A DNA stretch of 53,626 nt, from contig JAQTYI010000001.1 in NCBI GenBank assembly GCA_028688325.1, forward strand, positions 246,994 to 300,619, read 5' to 3'. Origin of the DNA: Candidatus Portnoybacteria bacterium (lineage in GTDB: Bacteria > Patescibacteriota > Minisyncoccia > Portnoybacterales > GWB1-42-6). The number at the start of each line of letters is the position of its first letter. Position 1 is the stretch's first letter. Below are positions 42,002 to 51,169 of the stretch, in pieces. Position numbers and translations under genes: made by a program. A model generated the notes under the pieces. That model was not told the origin of the DNA and searched no databases. It saw nothing but the letters and a program-made list of their open reading frames with translations.

Positions 42002-44548
42002 ATGTCTTGTCATAATAGAAAATTCCTTCTTTCCGCCGTTCTGATAATTTTTATTGTCGGAGGATTTTTTGTTTGGCAATCCAATGTCGCCAAAGCTACA
42101 GATGTCGTACCAGCGCCGGCCGAAAATTTGAGTCCTGCGCAAGAGCTGCAAGAGGCCGACTATAAATCAAAGGCCTCTGCCCAAAATAATAATACAATCA
42201 CCGTCAACAATGCCAATAAAAACAATAATCCCGCCGATTGGGACCTGTATATACCGGTAGTTTTTCATATTGTCGGCGGATTGCTTTTCATGATCTTAAA
42301 ATTTTTAAACGGCATGGTCTGGCTTGGCGCCAATTTAGCCGATAAAATATTAGGCATTACTTCTTTTACCAGCGCTACTGTGGTTACTATCGGCTGGGGA
42401 ATAACGCGGGATCTGGCCAATATGTTTTTCGCCTTGATATTGCTCGTTATGTCTATCTCCACGATTTTGCAAATTGAAGGTTTTACCTACAAACAAATCC
42501 TTAAGCGCCTGATAATCGCCGCCCTGCTCATCAATTTCAGTTTGATGTTTGCCGGCATCATTATTGATTTTGCCCAGGTGATGACCAGTTTTTTTCTGAC
42601 CGCCGGCGCCGGCGAAGCGGGAATTTCGGCCAATTTAACCAACGGTTTAAAAATTGTCCAGGTTTTTAATTTCAGCGATGTTGACCGGTCAATTTTCCAG
42701 AAAGTGTCCGGTGCAATTTGGGGCCCAAGTTTGAAAATGATTATTGAACAAATCATGGCTGTAATTCTTTTCACCGCCGCAGCTTTTTCTTTTTTCGCTA
42801 TGAGTTTTTTTCTGATAGCCAGGATTGTCTGGATTTGGCTGCTTTTAATTGGCGCCCCCTTGGCCTGGATAGCGTTCATAGTGCCGAACGCTCCCGGAGA
42901 GCTGGGCGGTCTCTGGAACAGATGGTGGAAGGAATTCTTAAATTGGGTGTTTTTTGCGCCGATTTATTCTTTTTTCCTTTATCTGGCTTTAACCATCGCC
43001 AACATCCAAAATGGCCTTGGCCTGAATAATGCCTCAAATGAACTTGGTGCTTGGGGAAAGATGGGGACAGCTAATACTTTGCCGTTGCAATCTAAGTTTT
43101 TTGAAGCCCCGGAAACCATCCTAAAATATATAGTCATAATTATGATTCTGCTTGGCGGACTGACAGCAGCCAGAAAAATGGGCATAACCGGCGCGAACAC
43201 GGCCATGGGTTTGGTGGATAAAGCCGGCAACTGGATGAAAAATAAAGCTTGGGATTATTCCAAGCGGCCGGGGCAATGGGCCTACGATAGCTTAGCCAAC
43301 AAAGCCGCGCAGGGAACCGGCAAGATGTTTAGCGCCATCGGCTTTAAGAAATTCGGCAACCGCCTGACAGCCCAAGGCGTGCAGATGGAGTTGGAGCCGG
43401 CCGAACGGGAACGCCAAAAGGACTACGCCAAACGGCTTGGTTTTATGTCCGATAAAGACCTGCTGTATGAAACGAACAACGCTTACGGCATCAAGAAATT
43501 ACTGGCTGTGCGCCAAGCCAAAGAAAGAGGACTGCTGGAAAAAGGGCTCCCTACGGCGTTTGACGACACGCCAGAAGGCAAAAACAATTACAGCCAGGAA
43601 GCCAAGAACTTCAAAGAAGATTTATATAGCGATGAAGAGAAAAAGGATCCCGACCGCAACTCCAAATACAACACCGCCAAAAACGGCCACGCCAAGTACA
43701 TTGAAGACAAAAACAAGTATGACGAAAGTGAAGAAAACCAAGAAAAAACTAAAGAGTCAAAAGAAAGAGTTAACCAGGCGCTGTCAGTTCTTAATTCTTA
43801 CGGCCTCAAAGACGATAAAGGAAAGACCAAGGAAGGCCGAGATCTGGAGGATGTGCGCTTTGACGCCATAGCTGACGACACGGAAAGAGAGAAAGTTATC
43901 CGCCGGTCCAAAGAAAACGGCAACATAGAAAAAATAAAGCCGATTGTTTTTAACGACCCGAAAGCGGTGGCGTCATTTGTCAAAGAACTGTCGCCGCCCG
44001 AGCAAAACGAGGTCTACAAAAAATTAGGCAAGCAAACCAAAAAAGCCCTCGAGGAAGGATTGCGCAAATCTTTTGCCGAACTGCAGGGATTGACCGGCGG
44101 CCAACTGGCCGAAGAGTTGAAAAAACGCAATGCTTTTGCCGATATTACAGGCAAAGTGCACACAGCTTTTGCCAATAAAAACGGAATGCTGGACAATGAA
44201 GGAAAGAGGCAATTGGCAAAGTATGTTAGCACGATGACCGCGGCCAAATTGGCGGAGTTGAGGCACCCGGGCAGCGAACACGACATCGGCTTTGTGGCCC
44301 GCTACGCTTCCAGTGATTTAATTAACAGCGTGGGCAGAGAAAAAAGCATCAACACGACGCAAAAAGCAGCTTTCTATAACGGCGCGCAGGGCACCGTAAA
44401 GAGCGCCGGAGGCGGAAACATAAATATCGGTAAAAATGAAAATCCCGGCGCCTTAAATGCCTTTGAAGCGCCCGGCTGGAAAACATTTTCCGAACCAAAA
44501 AACAAGGCCGATGATAAATTCACCCAAAATGACATCGCCACAGCTTAA
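42002..44548 (+). CDS. Polytopic membrane protein, VirB6/TrbL-like, with a long Lys/Glu-rich C-terminal domain
   Basis: 848 aa, signal-like N-terminus, at least 6 TM helices between ~aa 80 and 400, then a charged hydrophilic tail. It sits beside PrgI/VirB4-like genes. Confidence 0.5.
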   Translation: MSCHNRKFLLSAVLIIFIVGGFFVWQSNVAKATDVVPAPAENLSPAQELQEADYKSKASAQNNNTITVNNANKNNNPADWDLYIPVVFHIVGGLLFMILKFLNGMVWLGANLADKILGITSFTSATVVTIGWGITRDLANMFFALILLVMSISTILQIEGFTYKQILKRLIIAALLINFSLMFAGIIIDFAQVMTSFFLTAGAGEAGISANLTNGLKIVQVFNFSDVDRSIFQKVSGAIWGPSLKMIIEQIMAVILFTAAAFSFFAMSFFLIARIVWIWLLLIGAPLAWIAFIVPNAPGELGGLWNRWWKEFLNWVFFAPIYSFFLYLALTIANIQNGLGLNNASNELGAWGKMGTANTLPLQSKFFEAPETILKYIVIIMILLGGLTAARKMGITGANTAMGLVDKAGNWMKNKAWDYSKRPGQWAYDSLANKAAQGTGKMFSAIGFKKFGNRLTAQGVQMELEPAERERQKDYAKRLGFMSDKDLLYETNNAYGIKKLLAVRQAKERGLLEKGLPTAFDDTPEGKNNYSQEAKNFKEDLYSDEEKKDPDRNSKYNTAKNGHAKYIEDKNKYDESEENQEKTKESKERVNQALSVLNSYGLKDDKGKTKEGRDLEDVRFDAIADDTEREKVIRRSKENGNIEKIKPIVFNDPKAVASFVKELSPPEQNEVYKKLGKQTKKALEEGLRKSFAELQGLTGGQLAEELKKRNAFADITGKVHTAFANKNGMLDNEGKRQLAKYVSTMTAAKLAELRHPGSEHDIGFVARYASSDLINSVGREKSINTTQKAAFYNGAQGTVKSAGGGNINIGKNENPGALNAFEAPGWKTFSEPKNKADDKFTQNDIATA

Positions 44549-44556
44549 TCTTTTTT

Positions 44557-45576
44557 ATGGCTAACTTAACCGCCCAAAAAATGCCGACCAGCCAACAAAG
44601 TTATCTTGCGCGCCTTGATACATTATTTTCGCAGCTGCCCGATCATGTTTACGACTGGCTGTTTTCCAGCCAAACCGGTCAAAGCGTAAAAACTATGGCC
44701 AAAAGATTCGGCTTAACCGAACAGCAAACAAGCCAGCTCTCCCGAGTTATCGGTCTAGCTGTTCTTAAAGATTTTCCCTTGCCTCAAATAATTCCAGAGA
44801 TAAGAGAATCGTTGAATATCAATGATTCTTTGGCCAAAGAAATCGCTTTGGCCGTCGCGCAAACGCAATTTTTATCTTTGCGCGACCACTTGATAGATGT
44901 TGAAAATTTTATCAGGCAGACAGGCGGGTCTTTGCCCGTCGCTCTGCCGCCAACACTAAAATCTTCTTTTGTCCCCGGCTCCATGGCTTCCAATGCGCCT
45001 GCTTCTCAAACGCCGCAAGTTAATATTATTCAAAAAACGCTCCGCCATCTGGCCAAAGATAACAAAGACGCGCTCAACCAGAATCTGACTACCGCGCCGA
45101 TAAAGATCGCCGACTTTGACCAGCCCGTGCGGCCCACCATAAAAAATTGGCTGGTGGATTATGTCAAACAAAAAGGAGCGGGACATCATGAAGCCATGGA
45201 GCGCGGCGACTATTTGTTCAATAGCATCAACAGCCGGCCGTTGCCGGAAAAAGAAAAATCACTGCTGGCGGAAATTTTACGGGCCTACGATGACGATACG
45301 CCTTTACCGATTAATGAGGCCGACCAAATGATTTTGCTGGATAAATTAACTCTTTCCGCCGCAAGCGCACCGGCATTGCCAAAACCAGAACCCGCGGCAA
45401 GACCGATGCCGGTTCCGCCAAAGATTCCCGTCCCGCCGCCTCCGCCCGCGCCAAACACAAATTACCGCGAACCGATATCCGAAATGGACATAACGGGACC
45501 GCTGACCAAGCCGGCACCTCCGCGGCCGGCGCCGCGCCTGAGCGGAAACATTATCGATTTAAAAGATTTGCAATAA
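44557..45576 (+). CDS. Hypothetical soluble protein with a Pro-rich C-terminus
   Basis: 339-aa ORF tightly packed in the operon, with a PKPEPAARPMPVPPKIPVPPPPPAP tract. Confidence 0.5.
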   Translation: MANLTAQKMPTSQQSYLARLDTLFSQLPDHVYDWLFSSQTGQSVKTMAKRFGLTEQQTSQLSRVIGLAVLKDFPLPQIIPEIRESLNINDSLAKEIALAVAQTQFLSLRDHLIDVENFIRQTGGSLPVALPPTLKSSFVPGSMASNAPASQTPQVNIIQKTLRHLAKDNKDALNQNLTTAPIKIADFDQPVRPTIKNWLVDYVKQKGAGHHEAMERGDYLFNSINSRPLPEKEKSLLAEILRAYDDDTPLPINEADQMILLDKLTLSAASAPALPKPEPAARPMPVPPKIPVPPPPPAPNTNYREPISEMDITGPLTKPAPPRPAPRLSGNIIDLKDLQ

Positions 45577-45652
45577 AGCGGCGCCAATACGCCAATGGCA
45601 CACGAACAACACCAATAAATTTGTGGGGATTCGCGTATTAGCGCCAGATTAA

Positions 45653-45940
45653 ATGAATTTCAATGTTCCGCAATTCATAGACATTGAAGATACCATCTTA
45701 GGGCCTCTGACGCTCAAGCAATTCTTATTGCTGATTGCCGCAGGAGCGTTCATAGCCCTTCTTTGGTGGGCCTTCAAGCTTTGGTTCGTGATTCTGATCG
45801 GCGGGCCTATTATCGCGGCCATTTTGGCCTCCATTTTCATTAAAATTAACGACCGGCCGTTGCCCAAAATTTTTTCCGCCTGGTTCAACTTTCAAACAAA
45901 ACCGAGGTTTTACATTTGGAAAAAAGATACAAAAAACTAA
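45653..45940 (+). CDS. PrgI family (VirB3-like) small membrane protein
   Basis: FNVPQFIDIEDTILGPLTLKQFLLLIAAG followed by two TM helices. It lies immediately upstream of VirB4. Confidence 0.75.
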   Translation: MNFNVPQFIDIEDTILGPLTLKQFLLLIAAGAFIALLWWAFKLWFVILIGGPIIAAILASIFIKINDRPLPKIFSAWFNFQTKPRFYIWKKDTKN

Positions 45941-45964
45941 AAACTACCAACTAAAAACTTATTC

Positions 45965-46597
45965 ATGCCCGCTTCTATACAACAAAAAATCATCATTGAA
46001 GACATTAAAGATGGCGTTATTATTTTGCAAGGCGGCGATTTGCGCGGTATTTTGATTGCGTCTTCCGTCAACTTTTCCTTGAAATCGGCGGATGAACAGG
46101 ATTCCATCATATTCAAATACCAAGGTTTTTTGAACTCGCTTGATTTTCCCGTCCAGATTTTAACGGTTTCGCGCCACCTGAATATTGATGGGTATTTGGC
46201 TTCCATTGAACAAAAAAGGAAAGAGCAAACCAGCGAGTTGTTGCGCATCCAGATCGCCGAATATCTTGATTTCATAAAAAACTTGGTGCAGGTGGGCAAT
46301 ATTATGGACCAGGCCTTTTATGTCGTCGTGCCCCTGTCAAGGGTTGAAAAAAAAGAAGCGGGTGTGCTGGAAAAATTAGGACTGACCCAAAAGCCGGCCG
46401 CCAGCGAAGAACTTAAAAGTTTTGACGAATTGAAATCCCAGCTCTGGCAGCGGCTGGAATACCTGTCCGGCGGGCTGGCTGGAATGGGCATAAAATCAAC
46501 GCCGCTTAATACCGAAGAAATCACCCAGCTTTTTTACCGGCTGTATAATATGGGGGTCAAAGTCGCGCCGACCGCGCCGGCCAAAGAGGAAATTTAA
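45965..46597 (+). CDS. VirB4/TrsE-like N-terminal segment (first part of a VirB4 split by an in-frame TAA)
   Basis: IIIEDIKDGVIILQGGDLRGILIASSVNFSLKSADEQDSIIFKYQGFLNSLDFPVQIL resembles the extreme N-terminus of Gram-positive-type VirB4 proteins. It is in the same reading frame as 46607-48424, separated by TAA + 3 codons. Confidence 0.55.
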   Translation: MPASIQQKIIIEDIKDGVIILQGGDLRGILIASSVNFSLKSADEQDSIIFKYQGFLNSLDFPVQILTVSRHLNIDGYLASIEQKRKEQTSELLRIQIAEYLDFIKNLVQVGNIMDQAFYVVVPLSRVEKKEAGVLEKLGLTQKPAASEELKSFDELKSQLWQRLEYLSGGLAGMGIKSTPLNTEEITQLFYRLYNMGVKVAPTAPAKEEI

Positions 46598-46606
46598 AAA
46601 AACCGT

Positions 46607-48424
46607 ATGGATTTCAGCTTTTTAATGAAAAAAAAGACAGCACCAACCGGCCAGCCGGCGCCTTCCGGCCAGCTTTTTGACGGCGCGTCCCAAACCGCCG
46701 GCCCGTCAATAAAAGATTTGATTTCGCCGGCTGGCATCAAAATTGATTCCAGCTCAATGCAAATTAACAATAAATTCGCCCGCTCCCTTTTTGTTTTCAC
46801 TTATCCCAGATATCTGGCCACCAACTGGTTTTCGCCGGTAATGTCGATGGACAAAGAATTCAATGTATCTATGTTCGTCTATCCGGTCGAAACGCCCTGG
46901 ATAATGAACCAGTTGAAAAAAAAGGTGGCGCAGGTGCAGTCGCAGATAAATGAACGCGAGACAAAAGGCCAAGTGCGCGACCCGATGCTGGAAACGGCGC
47001 TCAATGATATAGAAAATCTTCGGGACAGCTTGCTTCAAGGTAATGAAAAGTTTTTCAAATTCGGCCTCTACTTGACGATCTTCGGCGACAGCGCCAAAGA
47101 ACTGGACGATACGGAAAACGAGATTCGCTCCCTGCTTGAAGGCCGTATGGTCTACATAAAACCGGCTTCATTCCAGCAGGAACAGGGATTTAATTCAACG
47201 CTGCCGCTGGTCAAGGATGAATTGCAGATAAACACTTCGATGAACACGGGGCCGGTTTCCAGCGCCTTTCCTTTCGTGTCGGTCAACCTTTCCGACAACA
47301 AGGGAGTGCTCTATGGCATCAACCGCCACAACAACTCCCTGATAATCTTCGACCGCTTCTCGCTGGAAAACGCCAATGCCGTGGTTTTTGCTAAATCCGG
47401 CTCGGGTAAAAGCTATACCGTAAAACTTGAGGTCTTGCGCTCCTTAATGATGGGGACCGATGTTATCATCATTGACCCGGAAAACGAATATCAATATTTA
47501 ACGGAAACCGTTGGCGGCTCATTTATAAAAATTTCCCTGAATTCACCGCACCGGTTAAACCCCTTTGACCTGCCGGTGCCGCCGAAGGGGGAGCAGCCAG
47601 GAGATATTTTGCGCTCAACCATAATCAATTTGGTGGGGCTGCTGCGCATTATGCTGGGCGGAATTTCGCCGGAAGAAGATGCTATTTTAGACCGCGCCAT
47701 CGGAGAGACCTATGCTTCGCGCGATATCACCCCCCAGTCGGATTTTTCCAAGATAACCCCGCCGTTGCTTTCAGACCTCCATTCTATTTTAAAAAATATG
47801 CAGGGCGGATCCTCCCTGGCTTCGCGCCTGGAGCGCTTCACCACCGGCTCTTATTCTGGCCTATTCAACCAGCAAACCAATGTTGAGTTAAAAAATAAAT
47901 TAGTGACTTTTTCCATCCGCGACCTGGAAGAAGAATTGCGGCCGATTGCCATGTATATCGTTCTGCACTATATCTGGAATATTATCCGCTCCGAGCTCAA
48001 ACGGCGCATCTTGGTGGTAGACGAGGCCTGGGTTATGATGCGCCACGATGACGCCGCCTCTTTCCTTTTTGGCATCGCCAAGCGCTGCCGTAAATATTAT
48101 CTTGGTCTCACCACCATCACCCAGGATGTGGCCGACTTTATGAATTCTCCCTACGGCAAGCCCATTGTTTCCAATTCTTCCATGCAAATCCTGCTGCGCC
48201 AGTCGCCGGCTACGATAGATGTCATCCAAAAAACCTTCAACTTGACCGACCAGGAAAAGTATCTCCTGCTTGAAGGCAGCGTGGGGGAAGGAATATTTTT
48301 TGCGGGCTTGCAGCATGCGGCGATAAAAGTTATCGCTTCCTACACCGAAGACCAGATAATCACCTCCGACCCGCGGCAATTATTGGAGATACAAAAAGCC
48401 AAAGAAGAATTAGCGGAACAATAA
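46607..48424 (+). CDS. VirB4/TrsE-like T4SS ATPase (middle and C-terminal part)
   Basis: Walker A FAKSGSGKSY and Walker B ILVVDEAW. The Walker A sits at only ~aa 265, so about 200 N-terminal residues appear to be supplied by the preceding ORF. Confidence 0.8.
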   Translation: MDFSFLMKKKTAPTGQPAPSGQLFDGASQTAGPSIKDLISPAGIKIDSSSMQINNKFARSLFVFTYPRYLATNWFSPVMSMDKEFNVSMFVYPVETPWIMNQLKKKVAQVQSQINERETKGQVRDPMLETALNDIENLRDSLLQGNEKFFKFGLYLTIFGDSAKELDDTENEIRSLLEGRMVYIKPASFQQEQGFNSTLPLVKDELQINTSMNTGPVSSAFPFVSVNLSDNKGVLYGINRHNNSLIIFDRFSLENANAVVFAKSGSGKSYTVKLEVLRSLMMGTDVIIIDPENEYQYLTETVGGSFIKISLNSPHRLNPFDLPVPPKGEQPGDILRSTIINLVGLLRIMLGGISPEEDAILDRAIGETYASRDITPQSDFSKITPPLLSDLHSILKNMQGGSSLASRLERFTTGSYSGLFNQQTNVELKNKLVTFSIRDLEEELRPIAMYIVLHYIWNIIRSELKRRILVVDEAWVMMRHDDAASFLFGIAKRCRKYYLGLTTITQDVADFMNSPYGKPIVSNSSMQILLRQSPATIDVIQKTFNLTDQEKYLLLEGSVGEGIFFAGLQHAAIKVIASYTEDQIITSDPRQLLEIQKAKEELAEQ

Positions 48425-48428
48425 AAAA

Positions 48429-48809
48429 ATGCCTGAAGACACTAAATCACCGAATACAAAACAAGGACAAAAAACGAAACCGGCCGTTGCGCCGGACGAA
48501 GAGATTTTTTTTCCTTGGGGAATGCTTTTTGTCGCCATTCTTTTTGACTTTATCGGGCTGATCCCTCTGTTAAATTTTCTCTCGGAAATACTGGCCGGTT
48601 TGATTTTCGGCCTGTGGCAAAAATTTTATAACCCTAAACTTGATCCGGTATTGACATTCGTCGTCGCCAAAATAATTGATGCCCTATCTCTGGGGTTTCT
48701 TCCCAGCAACACCGGCATCGTGGTTTATGCTTATATCAAGAAAAAATCCCTGCAAGCGGCGTCAATTCCCTTAGGCCAAAAAGCAATGGGAAAAGTTTCT
48801 TCATCTTAA
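48429..48809 (+). CDS. Small polytopic membrane protein of the T4SS-like locus
   Basis: 126 aa with 3 hydrophobic helices. The start is 5 nt after the VirB4 stop. Confidence 0.5.
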   Translation: MPEDTKSPNTKQGQKTKPAVAPDEEIFFPWGMLFVAILFDFIGLIPLLNFLSEILAGLIFGLWQKFYNPKLDPVLTFVVAKIIDALSLGFLPSNTGIVVYAYIKKKSLQAASIPLGQKAMGKVSSS

Positions 48810-48820
48810 TCTCAACAAAT

Positions 48821-49561
48821 ATGAAAAAAACGGGGTCGCTCCATAAAATATTATTTCTGGCCGGCGTAATTGTTCTGATGGGTTTTGCCGCGCTGCCAGC
48901 CAAGCCGACGCTGTCGGCCAACAGCGATTTTATTTTGACTTGGTCTACCAGCTCATATGTTCCCCAAACATACGAAGGCAAGGCCCTGCCCGTGCGAGGC
49001 AGCGCCATAACTGTCTTCGCTCTGCCTGTCAAAAAATTAGCCCAAAATCCCGACTATCTGTATTACCGCTGGCTGCTGGACGACGATGTGGTCGGCTGGG
49101 CGGGCGGCATGGGAAAGTCCTCCTTTAAATTCTCGGCCGAAAAATGGGCCGGCGATTTTCATAAAGTAGAATCCCAAATTCTCGATTCCCAGCAACGAGC
49201 AGTATTATCGCAAGATTTCATTTATATAAAAATCGTTAACCCGGAGATTTTGATATCCGGCCCAGACAACAGCAATTATTCTCTTATAGAAAAAATAAGC
49301 GCCGGCACGGGAAAAAACATAAAACTGACCGCCCAGCCGTTTTTCTTCAATATCGGCAAGCTTTCCGACCTGAACTTTAGTTGGCAACTCAACGATCAGG
49401 AGCTTCCCAGCCAAGGAGACAATGATCAAAATATCCTCTCGTTGACGACGCCCAAAGGAATTCTTAGCGAAGCGATTTATAAAAACATCCGCCTGACGGT
49501 CAGCAGTAAAAATAACGATATGGAATGGGGCAGCATTAATTTATCCCTTGAAATACGCTGA
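48821..49561 (+). CDS. Secreted hypothetical protein
   Basis: Signal peptide (ILFLAGVIVLMGFAALPA), beta-rich composition, no motif recognised. Confidence 0.5.
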   Translation: MKKTGSLHKILFLAGVIVLMGFAALPAKPTLSANSDFILTWSTSSYVPQTYEGKALPVRGSAITVFALPVKKLAQNPDYLYYRWLLDDDVVGWAGGMGKSSFKFSAEKWAGDFHKVESQILDSQQRAVLSQDFIYIKIVNPEILISGPDNSNYSLIEKISAGTGKNIKLTAQPFFFNIGKLSDLNFSWQLNDQELPSQGDNDQNILSLTTPKGILSEAIYKNIRLTVSSKNNDMEWGSINLSLEIR

Positions 49562-49566
49562 TAATT

Positions 49567-50472
49567 TTGAAAAAAACACATGCCATTATTTTTCTTGCGG
49601 TATTTCTTTGCTTGTTGATCGGCGGCAAAGTTTTTGCCGCCGACTACAAAATAGAAGTTCCGCTACCCGGGCTCCCGTCCGGCTCTTCCATTTCCGACCC
49701 GGGCCAATATGTTAAATATCTTTTCATCTTCGGTTTGGCTTTAGCGGGATTTCTGGCGGTGGCAGCCATCGCCTACGGCGGGATAAAATATATGCTGTCG
49801 GGAACCACTATCACCAATGTGCAAGACGCCAAGGACTTGATCTACGGGGCATTGATAGGCATTGGCTTCCTGTTGGGCTCATACCTTTTGCTGTATACAA
49901 TAGACCCGACTTTGACGAATCTGTCTCTTGTGTCATTGAATAAAATAAATATCCCGAAAATCATTGAGGACTATGACCTGCCGGCGAATATAACTGCCGG
50001 CAAAACCGCAGACGAACTGAATGCCATAATAAGTAGCGGAAAAATAAACGGGCAGGCCACGGCCTCTTGCTCCATCGGAACTTGCGGCAGCCAAACGGTG
50101 CAAGGACATACGCTTTCCTCCGGAGCGGCGGCAAAATACTCCGATCTACGGCAAAACATTCAACAGGCATGCGCCGAGCAGGGATTATCATGCGATACCT
50201 CAATATCTTCTTCCGTTGACGGCCAGCACGCTTCAAGCTGCCACAAGCAAGGCACCGCCACCAGCGGCACCTGCGGCGACTTTGTCATCACCGCGCCGGA
50301 ATGCGGCGGCAGCATCAAGTCCTGCTCCCCGGCGGTTAAAGAAAAATATATCCAAGTCGCTTCCGGTGTTTTAAGCGGCTCCGGAGCCAAAGATATCCGC
50401 ACCTGCCTGAATGAATACAAGGTTAAGGGCTCAAGCTATTCGACCGGCGGACACTTCCATTGTAATTTTTAA
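49567..50472 (+). CDS. TrbC/VirB2-like T4SS pilin-family protein with Cys-rich C-terminal domain (paralog 1)
   Basis: Signal peptide, then a two-TM hairpin module (YVKYLFIFGLALAGFLAVAAIAYGG...GALIGIGFLLGSYLLLYTIDP), then a 170-aa tail with multiple Cys. Confidence 0.6.
   Translation: MKKTHAIIFLAVFLCLLIGGKVFAADYKIEVPLPGLPSGSSISDPGQYVKYLFIFGLALAGFLAVAAIAYGGIKYMLSGTTITNVQDAKDLIYGALIGIGFLLGSYLLLYTIDPTLTNLSLVSLNKINIPKIIEDYDLPANITAGKTADELNAIISSGKINGQATASCSIGTCGSQTVQGHTLSSGAAAKYSDLRQNIQQACAEQGLSCDTSISSSVDGQHASSCHKQGTATSGTCGDFVITAPECGGSIKSCSPAVKEKYIQVASGVLSGSGAKDIRTCLNEYKVKGSSYSTGGHFHCNF
49663..49925 (+). repeat. 263-bp near-identical direct repeat, copy 1 (N-terminal module of pilin paralog 1)
   Basis: Matches 50581-50843 with a single mismatch seen (gttaaAtatc vs gttaaGtatc). 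Confidence 0.9.
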
Positions 50473-50478
50473 TCTCTT

Positions 50479-51153
50479 ATGGATATTCTGAATAAAAAAT
50501 TATTTATCTTCTTTGGCCTCATATTATGCGCCTGGCTTTTTGCCTTGCCGGCGCAAGCGGCCTATGAGGTTCAAATCGCCCTACCCGGGCTCCCGTCCGG
50601 CTCTTCCATTTCCGACCCGGGCCAATATGTTAAGTATCTTTTCATCTTCGGTTTGGCTTTAGCGGGATTTCTGGCGGTGGCAGCCATCGCCTACGGCGGG
50701 ATAAAATATATGCTGTCGGGAACCACTATCACCAATGTGCAAGACGCCAAGGACTTGATCTACGGGGCATTGATAGGCATTGGCTTCCTGTTGGGCTCAT
50801 ACCTTTTGCTGTATACAATAGACCCGACTTTGACGAATCTGTCGCCCAGGGTGCCGCCAGTCATCAATATTTCCGCGCCAGCCGCGCCGACGCCAGGAAC
50901 CCAAAACTGCAATCCGAGTTGCCAAACCGGATATAGATGCGATCCTTACAGAAACTATACTTGTGTTAAAATAGAAGTGACCACCCCTGGAATGACAGGG
51001 AATCAAACTCCCGGCCAATGCCAAGAATTCAAAACAATACCAAGCGGATGCGCGCAAGGCCATAAGGTGTGGAATCCTAATACCTGTATGTGCGAGGGAT
51101 GCGGTGACAGCTATAAATGGGATTACTCGACAAAAAGTTGCGTGCTCAAATAA
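50479..51153 (+). CDS. TrbC/VirB2-like T4SS pilin-family protein with a different Cys-rich C-terminal domain (paralog 2)
   Basis: The two-TM module is identical to that of 49567-50472. The unrelated ~100-aa tail carries multiple Cys residues (NCNPSCQTGYRCD...CMCEGCGDSYKWDYSTKSC). Confidence 0.6.
   Translation: MDILNKKLFIFFGLILCAWLFALPAQAAYEVQIALPGLPSGSSISDPGQYVKYLFIFGLALAGFLAVAAIAYGGIKYMLSGTTITNVQDAKDLIYGALIGIGFLLGSYLLLYTIDPTLTNLSPRVPPVINISAPAAPTPGTQNCNPSCQTGYRCDPYRNYTCVKIEVTTPGMTGNQTPGQCQEFKTIPSGCAQGHKVWNPNTCMCEGCGDSYKWDYSTKSCVLK
50581..50843 (+). repeat. 263-bp near-identical direct repeat, copy 2 (N-terminal module of pilin paralog 2)
   Basis: See 49663-49925. Confidence 0.9.
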
Positions 51154-51169
51154 TAAATAATATCCGCGT

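Noticed and set aside
49663-50843. The 263-bp repeat pair as the template/variable repeats of a diversity-generating retroelement.
   Set aside because: There is only one mismatch and no adenine-specific mutation pattern. The repeat covers the conserved membrane module rather than a C-terminal variable region, and no reverse transcriptase gene is in the window.
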